Origin: Candidatus Latescibacterota bacterium
GTDB taxonomy: Bacteria > Latescibacterota > UBA2968 > GCA-2709665
Reading direction: 5' to 3'
Length of the DNA: 64,000 nucleotides
Assembly: GCA_965219995.1 (NCBI GenBank)
Contig: CBDCOX010000002.1
Coordinates: forward strand, 2,688,001 to 2,752,000
Made by a program: the position numbers and the translations under genes. The notes beneath the pieces are model-generated. The model was not told the DNA's origin and did not search any database. It worked only from the letters and a program-made list of their open reading frames with translations. Within the stretch, counting starts at the first letter, position 1, and each line of letters opens with the position of its first letter. Below are positions 1 to 9,734 of the stretch, piece after piece.

Positions 1-689
1 CGGGCTTCGGCAAGTTTTCCCCCGGCGACCAGATTGTACAGATCTACGGCTTCTTTCGGCATGGCGTTCACCGCCCCCCATACGCAGCCGGGGCACCCGG
101 CAACCAGGCTGAAGAAGGCGATGGGGTCCCCGCCGTTGAAGACCCTTGCGCCAACGGCAAGCAGTTCCTGGATACGCAGAATGTCGGCCATGCTGTCCTT
201 GATGTATTGAATGTTCCGGATTTCCATAAGGCGTCTGAAGAAGGCAGCCGTGATGTCGATGCCGGTGTGGACCGGGATGTTGTAGACCATGATGGGCGTG
301 CTGACGGCGTTGGAGATTTCCGCGTAGTGGTCGTACACGCCTTCCATGTCGGGGCCTTCAAAGTAGGGCGGGAGTACCAGGAGGCAGTCCGCGCCGGCGC
401 CTTCCGCGTGTCTGGCGTATTCGATCGTCTCCGATGTACTGACGGCGGAGGCCATGGCAACGAAGTCGGCCCTGCCGTCGATGTGTTCGGCAGCCAGTTC
501 GACAAGCCGCCTGCGTTCCTCCGGCCGCAAACAGGCGAACTCCCCCGTGCCCCCGTTGATGAGGATGCTGTGGACGCCGGCTTCCAGCATGGAGTCGATA
601 TGATTTCTCAGCGCGGTTTCGTCGATCTGTTCACCGTCGTCCGTAAAGGGCGTGCAGAGTGCCGCGCAGATGCCTTTGAGCTGTTTCAT
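1..689 (-). CDS. Dihydrodipicolinate synthase (DapA/NanA) family class I aldolase; 3' end lies beyond the window edge
   Basis: Hand translation from ATG 689 (AGGAG upstream): MKQLKGICAALCTPFTDDGEQIDETALRNHIDSMLEAGVHSILINGGTGEFA; has TPF, G(G/S)TGE, YNIP and IKDS motifs. Missing from the ORF track because it runs off the edge. Confidence 0.9.
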   Translation of the reverse strand, partial: MKQLKGICAALCTPFTDDGEQIDETALRNHIDSMLEAGVHSILINGGTGEFACLRPEERRRLVELAAEHIDGRADFVAMASAVSTSETIEYARHAEGAGADCLLVLPPYFEGPDMEGVYDHYAEISNAVSTPIMVYNIPVHTGIDITAAFFRRLMEIRNIQYIKDSMADILRIQELLAVGARVFNGGDPIAFFSLVAGCPGCVWGAVNAMPKEAVDLYNLVAGGKLAEA

Positions 690-867
690 TCCGGTCTCCT
701 CACATCGATGAATCGGACGCCCGGGCCGTGGAAATCGCAGCCGCCGGCGAGGTACCGCCGGTGGCCGGTCCGCTGGACGTTTTTCGAAGGTAAGTTGAGA
801 TTCGGTTTTCTCCAAGAACGCTTTCGGGAGGGTGAATCTCCCAGAGCATCACGGGGTGAGAAGGGCC

Positions 868-896
868 TTGACACTTCCCGGGGAAAGATCAATATT
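868..896 (+). promoter_or_regulatory. Putative sigma70 promoter of the 978 gene cluster
   Basis: TTGACA at 868-873, 17-bp spacer, AATATT at 891-896, in a divergent intergenic region. Confidence 0.45.
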
Positions 897-977
897 GGCG
901 GAAATCGGAAACGGTCCTAACGCCGGGCACAACGCCGCCTATGGGCTCGCATCGTCGGTTTATCGGAGGAGGTTGAC

Positions 978-2777
978 ATGTCGCAGGTCAGGGAAGTTGG
1001 CATTCCGGTTCGCGCGGTAAACCGGGCGCAGTTATTCGCAGGGCGAAACAGCGCAGGCGACCCGTGTCTGTATGCGACGATGTCGCAACAGGCCGCGAAT
1101 CTTTTCGTCCTGCAGATCGATCCGGAAACCGGTCGGTTGCGTCAATTCTGGCCCGAAGTTCCGGATTCGAACTATACCACGGCGGTATATCAGGCCCGAA
1201 ACGGGCGGCTGTACATCGGGGCCGCGCACTCGGGGCAGTTGTATTGCTTCGACCCCGAGCAGGACGATCTGGTGAATTTCGGCACGATCAATGGAACGGC
1301 GGCCATTTTTCCGTGCAGCATCGTCGAGGATTCAAAGGGGCTGATCTGGATTTCCAGCTACGGCACGGCGGACCTGACCAGCTTCAATCCCGAAACCGGG
1401 GAGTTTACCCGGTACGGACGGCTGGACGAAGTGGATATGTACGCCTACTGCCACGTGAACACCGACGACACGGTCGCTTCGCTGATCATGCAGACCCGGC
1501 CGCACGTGGTGGTCCTGGACCCGAAGACCGGCGAAAAACGTACGGTCGGGCCGGTGGTTACGCGCGGCGACGGAACGCTGACGCTCCACCGGGGGGCGGA
1601 CGGCAACCTCTATATTGAATCGAGCGAGGGGAATTTCCGTCTGGAGGGCATGGACGCCGTACCGGTGGAAGCAACCGTACCGGCGGAATCCGTCACGCCG
1701 AAACTGCCCGACGGCAGCACCTTCCGGTTCGTGGACGCGGTGGAGCAGACGTGCAGGATTCTTGAAATTACGGATCCCGGGGGCGCGGCGAAAACCTTCA
1801 ATATCGAATTCGAGGCGGCCGGAACCGATATCTTCTGCCTGCACGGCGGGCCCGACGGATGCGTTTACGGATCCAGCGTCCTGCCGGAGCGGCTGTTCCG
1901 CTACGATCCGGGCGGGGACGACCTGGCGGACCTGGGCATCTGTTCGACCGCTACCGGCGAGGCATATTCGATGGCGAATCTCGACGGGAAGGTATACATC
2001 TCGTCATATCCCGGCGCGAGAATCTCCATTTACGATCCGTCGCAGCCGTACCGTTTCGGCGAAACCCGGGGCAGCAATCCGTGGGACATCGGGCGGGTGG
2101 ACGACATATCGTACCGGCCGCGTTCCACGCTGGCGGGTCCCGGCGGAAAGGTCTGGCTGGCATCGATTCCGGACTACGGAATGTGGGGCGGACCGATCTC
2201 ATACTACGACCCGCGGACAGAAGAAAAGAAGGCGTTTTATCGCATCGTGGGAGACGGAAGCTGCTATACGCTGGCGCATCTGGAGGCGGAGTCTCTGATC
2301 GCCGTCGGCACAACCATCAGTGCGGGAAGCGGGACCCAGCCCAGGGTGGACGAGGCCGTGCTCTTCCTCTTCGACTACGAGAAAGAAGAGAAAGTCTGGG
2401 AAGGCGCGCCCGACCCGCCGGTACACGTCTTCAATGCGCTGGCGGCCGTACCGGATGGTAGGCTCTTCGGCACATTCAGCGGCGCCGAACGCGGATCCGA
2501 GATTTTCGTGTTCGACCCCGCGACGCGGGCGTTTACGGATCGCTTCGCCGCGCCGGAGGGCGGCCCGGTGGACAACGGGCTGCAGCTGGGGCCGGACGGG
2601 ATGATCTACGGACTCACCCACACCCTGATCTACCGGCTTGATCCCGGTTCGCTGACATTTGACGTGATCGTGGAATTGGATGAGAGATTGACCGGCCACG
2701 CGGCGGCCGGGCCCATCGTTGGCAGGGATCTCTATTTCTCTTCCGGGCACCGGCTGATGGCCGCGGAGATATTGTAG
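978..2777 (+). CDS. Hypothetical beta-propeller protein (Vgb/PQQ-like repeats), probably two propellers
   Basis: 599 aa; GGAGG RBS; repeated G-x-x-Y-x-G...l-x-x-yDP blades; no signal peptide. Confidence 0.7.
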   Translation: MSQVREVGIPVRAVNRAQLFAGRNSAGDPCLYATMSQQAANLFVLQIDPETGRLRQFWPEVPDSNYTTAVYQARNGRLYIGAAHSGQLYCFDPEQDDLVNFGTINGTAAIFPCSIVEDSKGLIWISSYGTADLTSFNPETGEFTRYGRLDEVDMYAYCHVNTDDTVASLIMQTRPHVVVLDPKTGEKRTVGPVVTRGDGTLTLHRGADGNLYIESSEGNFRLEGMDAVPVEATVPAESVTPKLPDGSTFRFVDAVEQTCRILEITDPGGAAKTFNIEFEAAGTDIFCLHGGPDGCVYGSSVLPERLFRYDPGGDDLADLGICSTATGEAYSMANLDGKVYISSYPGARISIYDPSQPYRFGETRGSNPWDIGRVDDISYRPRSTLAGPGGKVWLASIPDYGMWGGPISYYDPRTEEKKAFYRIVGDGSCYTLAHLEAESLIAVGTTISAGSGTQPRVDEAVLFLFDYEKEEKVWEGAPDPPVHVFNALAAVPDGRLFGTFSGAERGSEIFVFDPATRAFTDRFAAPEGGPVDNGLQLGPDGMIYGLTHTLIYRLDPGSLTFDVIVELDERLTGHAAAGPIVGRDLYFSSGHRLMAAEIL

Positions 2778-2798
2778 ACTGCCAACCCGGAGGACGTA

Positions 2799-3212
2799 AT
2801 GGCTGAAAAAATCCGGAAGACCGACGAGGAATGGCGGCAGATGCTCACGCCGGAACAGTACCACGTAACGAGAAGAAGCGGAACGGAACGGGCGTTTACG
2901 GGCCGGTATCACGACTTCAAGGGGACGGGGATCTACCTTTGTGTGTGCTGCGGAAACGAACTCTTCCGTTCGGACACCAAGTATGATTCCTGTACGGGCT
3001 GGCCCAGCTTCTGGGCGCCGACGGATAACGCAAACGTGGAAACCGAAGCGGATTCGTCCTACGGCATGGTGCGGACGGAGGTGAAGTGCAGCCGGTGCGA
3101 CGCCCATCTCGGGCATGTGTTCGACGACGGGCCCCAACCCACGGGACTTCGGTACTGCATGAACTCCGCGGCGCTGGACTTTGTGGTGAAAGACGCGGAC
3201 GACGAAGATTGA
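2799..3212 (+). CDS. msrB: Peptide-methionine (R)-S-oxide reductase MsrB
   Basis: GTERAF, GWPSF, two CxxC, HLGHVF, DGP, RYCMNS. Confidence 0.97.
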   Translation: MAEKIRKTDEEWRQMLTPEQYHVTRRSGTERAFTGRYHDFKGTGIYLCVCCGNELFRSDTKYDSCTGWPSFWAPTDNANVETEADSSYGMVRTEVKCSRCDAHLGHVFDDGPQPTGLRYCMNSAALDFVVKDADDED

Positions 3213-3305
3213 GCAGCCGGCCGCGGCGCCCTGCCGGGTCTTGCTGCCTTGCACGGAGGATTTGAACTCCGGTCCGAAAACACCCTGATCATTGAGGAGC
3301 CATCG

Positions 3306-3767
3306 ATGAGTTTGAATTTCGCCATAACGGAAATCGAGTCGCAGCCCGTCGTGGGCATCCGCGCCACAACCACGATGGAAGAGATCAAACAGGTTATCGG
3401 CGCCCTTTTCGGCGAGATCATGGAATATCTCACTCGGAACGGACTAGCGCCGGCGGGGATGCCCTTCACCATTTACCATGAGATGGACCACGAATCGTTG
3501 GAAATGGAATGCGGGATGCCGGTGGCTTCGCCCGTTGAGGGGACCGAACGCGTTCGACCGGGTGAACTGCCCGCGGGAAAGGTCGCGACCGTAACCCACA
3601 TGGGTCCCTACGAGCAGTTGGGACAGACGTGGTCGGCGCTGATGAAATGGATGGAAGAAGAGGGCCTGCAGCCGGCCTGCGCGCCGTGGGAGGTGTACGT
3701 GACGGACCCCGGCGAGGAGCCCGACCAGTCGAAGTGGCGCACCGACATCTTCTTCCCCGTGCGCTGA
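3306..3767 (+). CDS. GyrI-like small-molecule-binding domain protein
   Basis: ATG 3306 after GAGGAG; LPAGKVA..HMGPYEQL, WEVYVTDP, WRTDIFFPV. Confidence 0.88.
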   Translation: MSLNFAITEIESQPVVGIRATTTMEEIKQVIGALFGEIMEYLTRNGLAPAGMPFTIYHEMDHESLEMECGMPVASPVEGTERVRPGELPAGKVATVTHMGPYEQLGQTWSALMKWMEEEGLQPACAPWEVYVTDPGEEPDQSKWRTDIFFPVR

Positions 3768-3868
3768 CCGGCAGTGCGGGTATGGAGATTTCGGTGGCAT
3801 CTGCGAGGGCCGCTGGCGAACAGGCATCGGCCCTCGTCTACGTAAACCGGAGGCTTAAGGAGCAACGA

Positions 3869-4681
3869 ATGAAATACCGCTTCGCCGAGATGATCTGGTA
3901 TGAAATCAAGGAAGCCGCCCGGCAGGACCGCGTCGCGGTACTGCCGGTGGCGACGTACGAGGATCACGGCCCCCATCTTCCGGTGGATACCGACGTTGTC
4001 CTCTGTACCGGAATCTGCGAACGGGCCGTGTCCCGGATCCCCTCCGAAGCCGTTCTGGCCCCGGCGATCCCGCACGGGTACAGCCCCCACCACATGGATT
4101 TTCACGGTACGCTGACGATCACGTGGGATACCTTCATCCGTTACGTCAAAGACGTCTGCTGCAGCCTCGCCCACCACGGCTTCAAGCGGATCCTGGTTGT
4201 GAACGGCCACGGAAGCAATACGTCCCCGCTGGATCTGGCGGCCCGGCTTTCGGTCATCGAATACGAGGGCAGGATTCTGTGCGGCTCGGTGAATCATTGG
4301 GGGCTTCGGAAAGTGAAAGAAGCCGGACGCGAGTTGCGGGAGTCGGACTACGGCGGGACCTCCCACGGAGGAGAGTTCGAGACGTCCCTGTATCTCGCGT
4401 TGAAGCCGGACCTGGTGGACATGAGCAAGGCGGTCGACGAAAGGTCGCCCCTTTCGAACAGTTTCCAGTCCGACCTGCTGGCAGGCGGCCATCCGGATGG
4501 GTCCAGCGCGAATTTCACGCCGTACTGGAGCACGAAAACGGCCAGCGGCGTGATGGGCGACGCGACAAAGGCCAGCCGCGAGAAGGGGGAGAAATTCCTG
4601 GAGGCGGCCACAGAGGGCCTGATCGAACTGGTTCGGGAACTCCGGGCGACGGAGATTATGGACCGGCGCGACCAACACTGA
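3869..4681 (+). CDS. Creatininase family amidohydrolase (MftE/CrnA-like)
   Basis: ATG 3869 after AAGGAG; E-D-H-G-P-H-L-P-x-x-T-D, GYSPHH..F.GT, NGHGSN, SHGGEFETS, GVMGD. Confidence 0.92.
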   Translation: MKYRFAEMIWYEIKEAARQDRVAVLPVATYEDHGPHLPVDTDVVLCTGICERAVSRIPSEAVLAPAIPHGYSPHHMDFHGTLTITWDTFIRYVKDVCCSLAHHGFKRILVVNGHGSNTSPLDLAARLSVIEYEGRILCGSVNHWGLRKVKEAGRELRESDYGGTSHGGEFETSLYLALKPDLVDMSKAVDERSPLSNSFQSDLLAGGHPDGSSANFTPYWSTKTASGVMGDATKASREKGEKFLEAATEGLIELVRELRATEIMDRRDQH

Positions 4682-4791
4682 GACCGGGGTGGAAGGGATA
4701 TCCGTGAAGACGAACGTCTTTACGGGCGGGATTGGAATTCCCGTACGAGCGCATCGTCTTCGAGCGTTTCAGGTTGGATTGAGAAACCCCC

Positions 4792-6117
4792 ATGGATGAG
4801 ACAACGGCCGAAAGCGGACCTTCGGTACGGGAACGATATCGGGCGGCGAGCCCGCGTTCCCGGGCGGCTTTCGATCGGGCCAATGCGGTGATGCCCGGCG
4901 GGGTGAAGGGCGCGTACTATTACGAGCCCTATCCACTGACCGTCGTGCGCGGCGAGGGGTGTTTCGTTACCGACCTGGACGGCCGCAAGCTGGTGGACTT
5001 CAACAACCACCATACGGCGCAGATTCTGGGCCATAACCATCCGGCGGTCGTAGCCGCCGTGCAGGGACAGGTTTCCCGTGGCATCGCGCTCAGCGCGCCC
5101 GCGGGGGTAGAGACAGAGCTGGCCGAAGAGATGTGCGGGCGCGTGAAGTCCGTGGAAAAGATCCGGTTCTGCAATTCCGGCACCGAAGCGACCCTGCACG
5201 CCATTCGCCTGGCGCGGGGCGTCAGCGGCCGGACGAAAATCGCCAAGTTCGAGGGCGGGTACCACGGCAGCCACGACGTGGTGGAGGTGAGCGTGGCGCC
5301 CCCGCTGGAAAAGGCGGGCCCCGCGTCGGCTCCGCATTCGGTTTCCACCGCGGGCGGGGCATCGCCGAACGCGGCCGGCGAGGTGGTGGTCCTGCCGTAT
5401 AACGACGAAAACGCCGTAGAGAGACTGCTCGCACGATATCGACGCGAACTGGCCTGTGTGATCTTCGACCCCAGGGCCGGCATCTTGTCTCAGCGCGCGG
5501 AGTTTGCGCAGTTCGTCTGTGACATGGCGCGCCGGAACAATATGCTTGTGATATTCGACGAGATCGTGGGGTTCCGGGTCGGCGCGGGGGGTCTGCAGGA
5601 ACACTACGGCATCGCGCCCGACCTGACCACGTTCGGAAAGGTCATCGGCGGCGGGTTTCCGGTGGGGGCCTTCGGAGGCCGGGCCGACCTGATGGATCGC
5701 TTCGATTCGTCCCGGGGGCCGACAGGCTTCTTTCAGAGCGGCACGTTCAGCGGGCATCCTGTGGCCATGGCCGCGGGCCTGGCGACCCTGAAGCAGTTGA
5801 CGCCGGACGTGTTCGCGCACCTGAACCGGCTGGGAGAGCGGCTTCGGGACGGGTTGAACCGGCTGTTTTCAAATGGAATCGCGGATGCGACGGCGGTCGG
5901 CGTCGGCTCCCTGTTCAGCATTCACTTTTCGTGCGAAGAGATGCTGAATTACCGCCACCTGGCGGGAACGGACAAGGCGGCGGCGCACCGGCTGTTGCTC
6001 GGTCTGATCGAAGAGGGATATTACCTGGGGAACGGGTTGGTGATGTGCGCCGTCTCCGCGCCGATGGACGAGAGCCACGTGGACGGATTGATCGAGGCCG
6101 TGGGCAGGGTCGTGTAA
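4792..6117 (+). CDS. Class III PLP aminotransferase, glutamate-1-semialdehyde aminomutase-like
   Basis: NSGTEA, FEGGYHG, IFDEIVGFR, TTFGKVIGGG, SGTFSG. Confidence 0.88.
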   Translation: MDETTAESGPSVRERYRAASPRSRAAFDRANAVMPGGVKGAYYYEPYPLTVVRGEGCFVTDLDGRKLVDFNNHHTAQILGHNHPAVVAAVQGQVSRGIALSAPAGVETELAEEMCGRVKSVEKIRFCNSGTEATLHAIRLARGVSGRTKIAKFEGGYHGSHDVVEVSVAPPLEKAGPASAPHSVSTAGGASPNAAGEVVVLPYNDENAVERLLARYRRELACVIFDPRAGILSQRAEFAQFVCDMARRNNMLVIFDEIVGFRVGAGGLQEHYGIAPDLTTFGKVIGGGFPVGAFGGRADLMDRFDSSRGPTGFFQSGTFSGHPVAMAAGLATLKQLTPDVFAHLNRLGERLRDGLNRLFSNGIADATAVGVGSLFSIHFSCEEMLNYRHLAGTDKAAAHRLLLGLIEEGYYLGNGLVMCAVSAPMDESHVDGLIEAVGRVV

Positions 6118-6162
6118 TTCCAGGGACGAATGAGCGGGAAGTTGAAACCGGAGGAACGTCAC

Positions 6163-6930
6163 ATGCGATATATCGACACGCACGCCCATCTGGGGCCGTG
6201 GTTCGACGACATTACAACGTTTACGGCCGAGGGCTTCGTGGCGCTGCAGGAGCGCGCGGGCATCGAGCGGACCGTGGTCACGTCCGGCTCCGCCCTGTTT
6301 AACGAGTTGACGTACGGGAACGAGTGGACCATACAGCAGGCCGAGAGGCTGGAACATCTGCTCGTCTGGCTGGTTTTGAACCCGCTGAAAATGAGCGAGT
6401 CGCTGGAGTTGCTGGAGCGGTTCAAGGATCATCCCATGGTCGCCGGCATCAAAATCCACCCGGTACAGCACAAGTATCCGGCCGACATCAAGCCCACTTT
6501 CCGGCTTTTCGAGGCTTTGGAGCCGCTCGGGCTTCCCGTGCTTTCCCACGGAGAAAACGAGTCCTACGCGGCCCCGGCCCGTTTGCGGCGGCTGGCGGAG
6601 GCTTTTCCGTCGGTGACGGTGATTACGGCGCATTTCGGCGCCGGGCAGCCGGGCCAGACCTACGAAGCGATCGACGCGCTTCAGGACTGCAGAACGGGCA
6701 ACCTCTACACGGACATGGGCACCGCGCGGGCGATTCGGACCGGCATCATCGGGCTGGTTGTGCGTGAGGTGGGCGCCGACAGGGTACTGTTCGGAACGGA
6801 TTCGCCTCTGTACGAGCCCATGGCGTTCCCCACCCTGCTGGCCGCGGCGGATATTACGGAACAGGAAAGAGAGCAGATCGCCTACAAGAATGCGGAACGG
6901 CTCGTGCTGGCGCCTAAGAAGCTGTTTTAA
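6163..6930 (+). CDS. Amidohydrolase_2 family metal-dependent hydrolase
   Basis: IDTHAH, GIKIHP, AHFG, VLFGTDSP; ATG 6163 after GGAGGA. Confidence 0.88.
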   Translation: MRYIDTHAHLGPWFDDITTFTAEGFVALQERAGIERTVVTSGSALFNELTYGNEWTIQQAERLEHLLVWLVLNPLKMSESLELLERFKDHPMVAGIKIHPVQHKYPADIKPTFRLFEALEPLGLPVLSHGENESYAAPARLRRLAEAFPSVTVITAHFGAGQPGQTYEAIDALQDCRTGNLYTDMGTARAIRTGIIGLVVREVGADRVLFGTDSPLYEPMAFPTLLAAADITEQEREQIAYKNAERLVLAPKKLF

Positions 6931-7140
6931 AATTACCGGTGAGTTCCCGAGCACGAGCGAAAAAGTGGCGGTCAAGGCGGGAAAATCCGCCCATATTTGT
7001 CTATACGGGTGGGTTTGACCAACGCCGACCGGCGCTTTTGCAGCCGTGCGAAGACCGCTGGGAATTTTAAGACAGCTTCTAAGGGACTGTCGTAGACGTT
7101 GTCGATGATATTGAGGCCCTGGGTCCGGAGGAATGAATAG

Positions 7141-8499
7141 ATGAAACTGGACGGTCGCCGGCGGAGGCTGCTCGAGCGGACGTTTCTGGACTATCAGCAG
7201 ACGTCGGCCTTCATGGAGCATCCGTTCATCGTAAAAAAGGCGCACGGACTTCACTATTGGGATACGGAGGGCAAACGTTATTTCGACGGGATCGGCGGCA
7301 TCTTCGTGGCTTCGCTCGGACACGGCCACCCCCGGGTGCTGGAGGCGATGCGAAGGCAGGCGGAGACGCTGGGATTCTCGCCGCCCATGCACGGGCTTTC
7401 GGACGTGGCGCTGGATTTCGTCGAGAAGCTGAGCGAGGTGACGCCGGAGAATCTGAATTTCATCAAGTCCTACAGCGGCGGGTCAGAAGCGGTCGAATCC
7501 GCGCTGAAATTCACGCGGCAGTACTTCAAGCAGAGCGGCCACCCCGGCAAGTACAAGTTCGTCAGCCGATACTTCGGGTATCACGGCGCGACGTTCGGCG
7601 CAATGGCGGCCAGCGGGACGGGAAAACGCAAGACGCCGTTCGAGCCCCAGCCGGGCGGCTTTCTGAAGGTGTTCCCGCCCACGTATTACAGGGACCGGTT
7701 TGCTTCGTGGGAGGAATGCAACCGGTTCTGCGCGGAGACGTTCGAAGACGTGATCGTCAACGAAGACCCGGATACCGTGGCCGGCGTCATTCTGGAACCG
7801 ATCGGCAATACCGGGGGGATCATTACCCCGACCGAAGAGTACTTTCAGATCGTCCGTGACGTCTGCGACCGGCACAACGTGGTGTTGATCTACGACGAGA
7901 TCATCACGGGCTTCGGCAAGACCGGCTCGATGTTCGCCGCCCAGACATTCGGGGTCACGCCGGACATCATCTGCGCGGGCAAGGGGGTCTCCAGCGGTGC
8001 GTACCCCGTGGGCGCGATGATGGCGCGGGAGGATATGGGAGACGTCTTTCTCGGCCCGGTGGAGGCCGATGTCAACTTTGCCCACGGGCATACGTTTGCG
8101 GCCAATCCCGTCGCGTGCGCCGTGGGCATGGCCGTGATCGACGAAATCGTGGAGCAGGAGCTGGATCGCAAGGCCGGGGAACTCGGCCGATATCTGGCAT
8201 CGAAGCTGGAAGGCCTGAAGGACCTGGGTGTGGTGCGCGAGGTGCGGGGCCGCGGGCTATTGCAGGGCGTGGAACTGGTGAAGGATACAACGTCGATGGC
8301 GCCGTTTCCGGAACTGGGACAGGCGCTGAAGCGGACCTCGCTGCAGAACGGGTTGCTGATTCGCATCGACCCCACCTGGTTTGCCGTGAGCCCGGCGCTG
8401 ATCGTACAGCGGGAGGACATCGACGAGTTGTGCGACCTCGTACGCAAGAGCCTGGTCGACGCGCTGGAAGTTGTGAAATCGGAAAAACAGTACCGGTAG
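7141..8499 (+). CDS. Class III PLP aminotransferase (omega-amino acid/BioA-like)
   Basis: SGGSEAVE, GYHGAT, IYDEIITGFGKTG, AGKGVSSG, HGHTF. Confidence 0.9.
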   Translation: MKLDGRRRRLLERTFLDYQQTSAFMEHPFIVKKAHGLHYWDTEGKRYFDGIGGIFVASLGHGHPRVLEAMRRQAETLGFSPPMHGLSDVALDFVEKLSEVTPENLNFIKSYSGGSEAVESALKFTRQYFKQSGHPGKYKFVSRYFGYHGATFGAMAASGTGKRKTPFEPQPGGFLKVFPPTYYRDRFASWEECNRFCAETFEDVIVNEDPDTVAGVILEPIGNTGGIITPTEEYFQIVRDVCDRHNVVLIYDEIITGFGKTGSMFAAQTFGVTPDIICAGKGVSSGAYPVGAMMAREDMGDVFLGPVEADVNFAHGHTFAANPVACAVGMAVIDEIVEQELDRKAGELGRYLASKLEGLKDLGVVREVRGRGLLQGVELVKDTTSMAPFPELGQALKRTSLQNGLLIRIDPTWFAVSPALIVQREDIDELCDLVRKSLVDALEVVKSEKQYR

Positions 8500-8695
8500 A
8501 GCAAACTGTTAGTTTGCGCATCGTCGTCGGACCAGCGCCTCAAAGGTACCAAGCGGGCCTCGCGCCTTCAATTACGAACAGTCGACAGCCTGCCGGGCCC
8601 GGTGGAATCGCTCTCGTTCTGCAGCAAAGAGTCGGGGCCAACCGTGCGACCTTTGCACACAATCCGCAGGTAGATCCCTTCAAACGGAGGCGCAA

Positions 8696-9361
8696 ATGAC
8701 GACGATGAGAACGACGGCGCTGTTGTGTTTCCTGCTGCTGGCAACGCCGGCGATGATTTCTGCAGGCGAAATGGAAAGGCGATCCCGCATTGAACTCAGG
8801 ATGGGCCTGCGAAATCACGGAGGAACGACCGGAGCGGCGACAACGGTCGGTCCACTGGGTGTTGAAACGACTGCCGGTGCGGATAATGTGTTTTTCTCGT
8901 TGGGCTACTCGCACTGGATGAGGGAGAACATCGCCGGCCACGCCACGCTGGGCGTCCTGTCCGTGGAGGCGAGTTCACGTGCCGGACCTCTGGGCGTCTC
9001 CCAGAATGCGGCGGTCATCTGTCCCGTGATCGTCGGCATGAAATATTATCCGCGCAAGATGTCGCTCGACACCACGTTCATGCCCTTTCTGACCGCAGGT
9101 GTCGGGCTCATTACCGGCATTCAGTCCAGAAGCGACGTCGGTTTTCAGGTGGTGCAGGAGTCCGGCGCCATGACGACGTTTGGAAGCAAGGCGGGGGTGG
9201 GGTTCGACCTGCAGATGGGTCGGTCTTTTGTTGCGATTGCAGACCTCGGTTACAACCTGATGACGGACTTCTCAGAGGCGGTAGGCGGCCGGCGCAACTA
9301 CAGCGGGCTCGAATTCGGCCTGGGGATCGGCTGGCAATTCGGCGGGAATGTTGAAAACTAA
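8696..9361 (+). CDS. Outer-membrane beta-barrel protein (OmpA/OmpW-like, 8-stranded)
   Basis: Signal peptide, amphipathic strands, PFLTAGVG, C-terminal FGLGIGWQF. Confidence 0.75.
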   Translation: MTTMRTTALLCFLLLATPAMISAGEMERRSRIELRMGLRNHGGTTGAATTVGPLGVETTAGADNVFFSLGYSHWMRENIAGHATLGVLSVEASSRAGPLGVSQNAAVICPVIVGMKYYPRKMSLDTTFMPFLTAGVGLITGIQSRSDVGFQVVQESGAMTTFGSKAGVGFDLQMGRSFVAIADLGYNLMTDFSEAVGGRRNYSGLEFGLGIGWQFGGNVEN

Positions 9362-9419
9362 AGACGACCATCTGCCCGGCCGGTGCTTATTTGAAATGCT
9401 AAGGATCCTGCACCTAAGC

Positions 9420-9513
9420 CGCTCCCTGAGCTTGTCGAAGGGTCGGCGAAGGCAGGCGAAGAGTGCAGGGCAGGTAACGAGACACGGGCATTTCGACAAG
9501 CTCAATGACCACG
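9420..9513. repeat. REP-like composite element, copy 1 (CCCTGAGCTTGTCGAAGGG / TTCGACAAGCTCA units)
   Basis: 9420-9452 and 9486-9513 are the reverse complements of 21258-21290 and 21161-21188. Confidence 0.85.
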
Positions 9514-9584
9514 TTTAGAAGAGTTCAACAAACACCAACGAAGCGAATCGCAAATTCAGTAGCGTGAGGCATTCTGGTTTCAGT

Positions 9585-9710
9585 TTGGTCCGCGTGATGT
9601 CGAGCGATCTATCGGCGTAGGGATTCATCGCTGTGGTCTGGAAGGGCGAGCATTTGCCCCGCTCCCGGCTCTAATCCTGTTTAATCCTGTTAATCCTGAG
9701 AATCCTGATC
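9585..9710. repeat. Dispersed intergenic element, copy A, ending in tandem AATCCTG units
   Basis: Ungapped similarity to 56573-56668; four AATCCTG(T) units at 9673-9707. Confidence 0.65.
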
Positions 9711-9734
9711 CGTTTTTGAATGAAAGAGGTCCTG

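Noticed and set aside
207-920. 237-aa plus-strand ORF and 68-505 minus ORF
   Set aside because: They overlap the DapA-family gene, which is in another minus-strand frame
2980-3012. MsrB motif DSCTGWPSF with Cys shifted by one relative to DSGCGWPSF
   Set aside because: The resolving-Cys position is variable in MsrB, so this is not enough to call novel
3869-4681. Mycofactocin cluster (mftE)
   Set aside because: No mftA precursor, mftB or radical SAM mftC nearby
4792-6117. Gene symbol hemL
   Set aside because: The N-terminus lacks the typical PGGVNSPVR motif and no heme genes are adjacent; likely a paralogue
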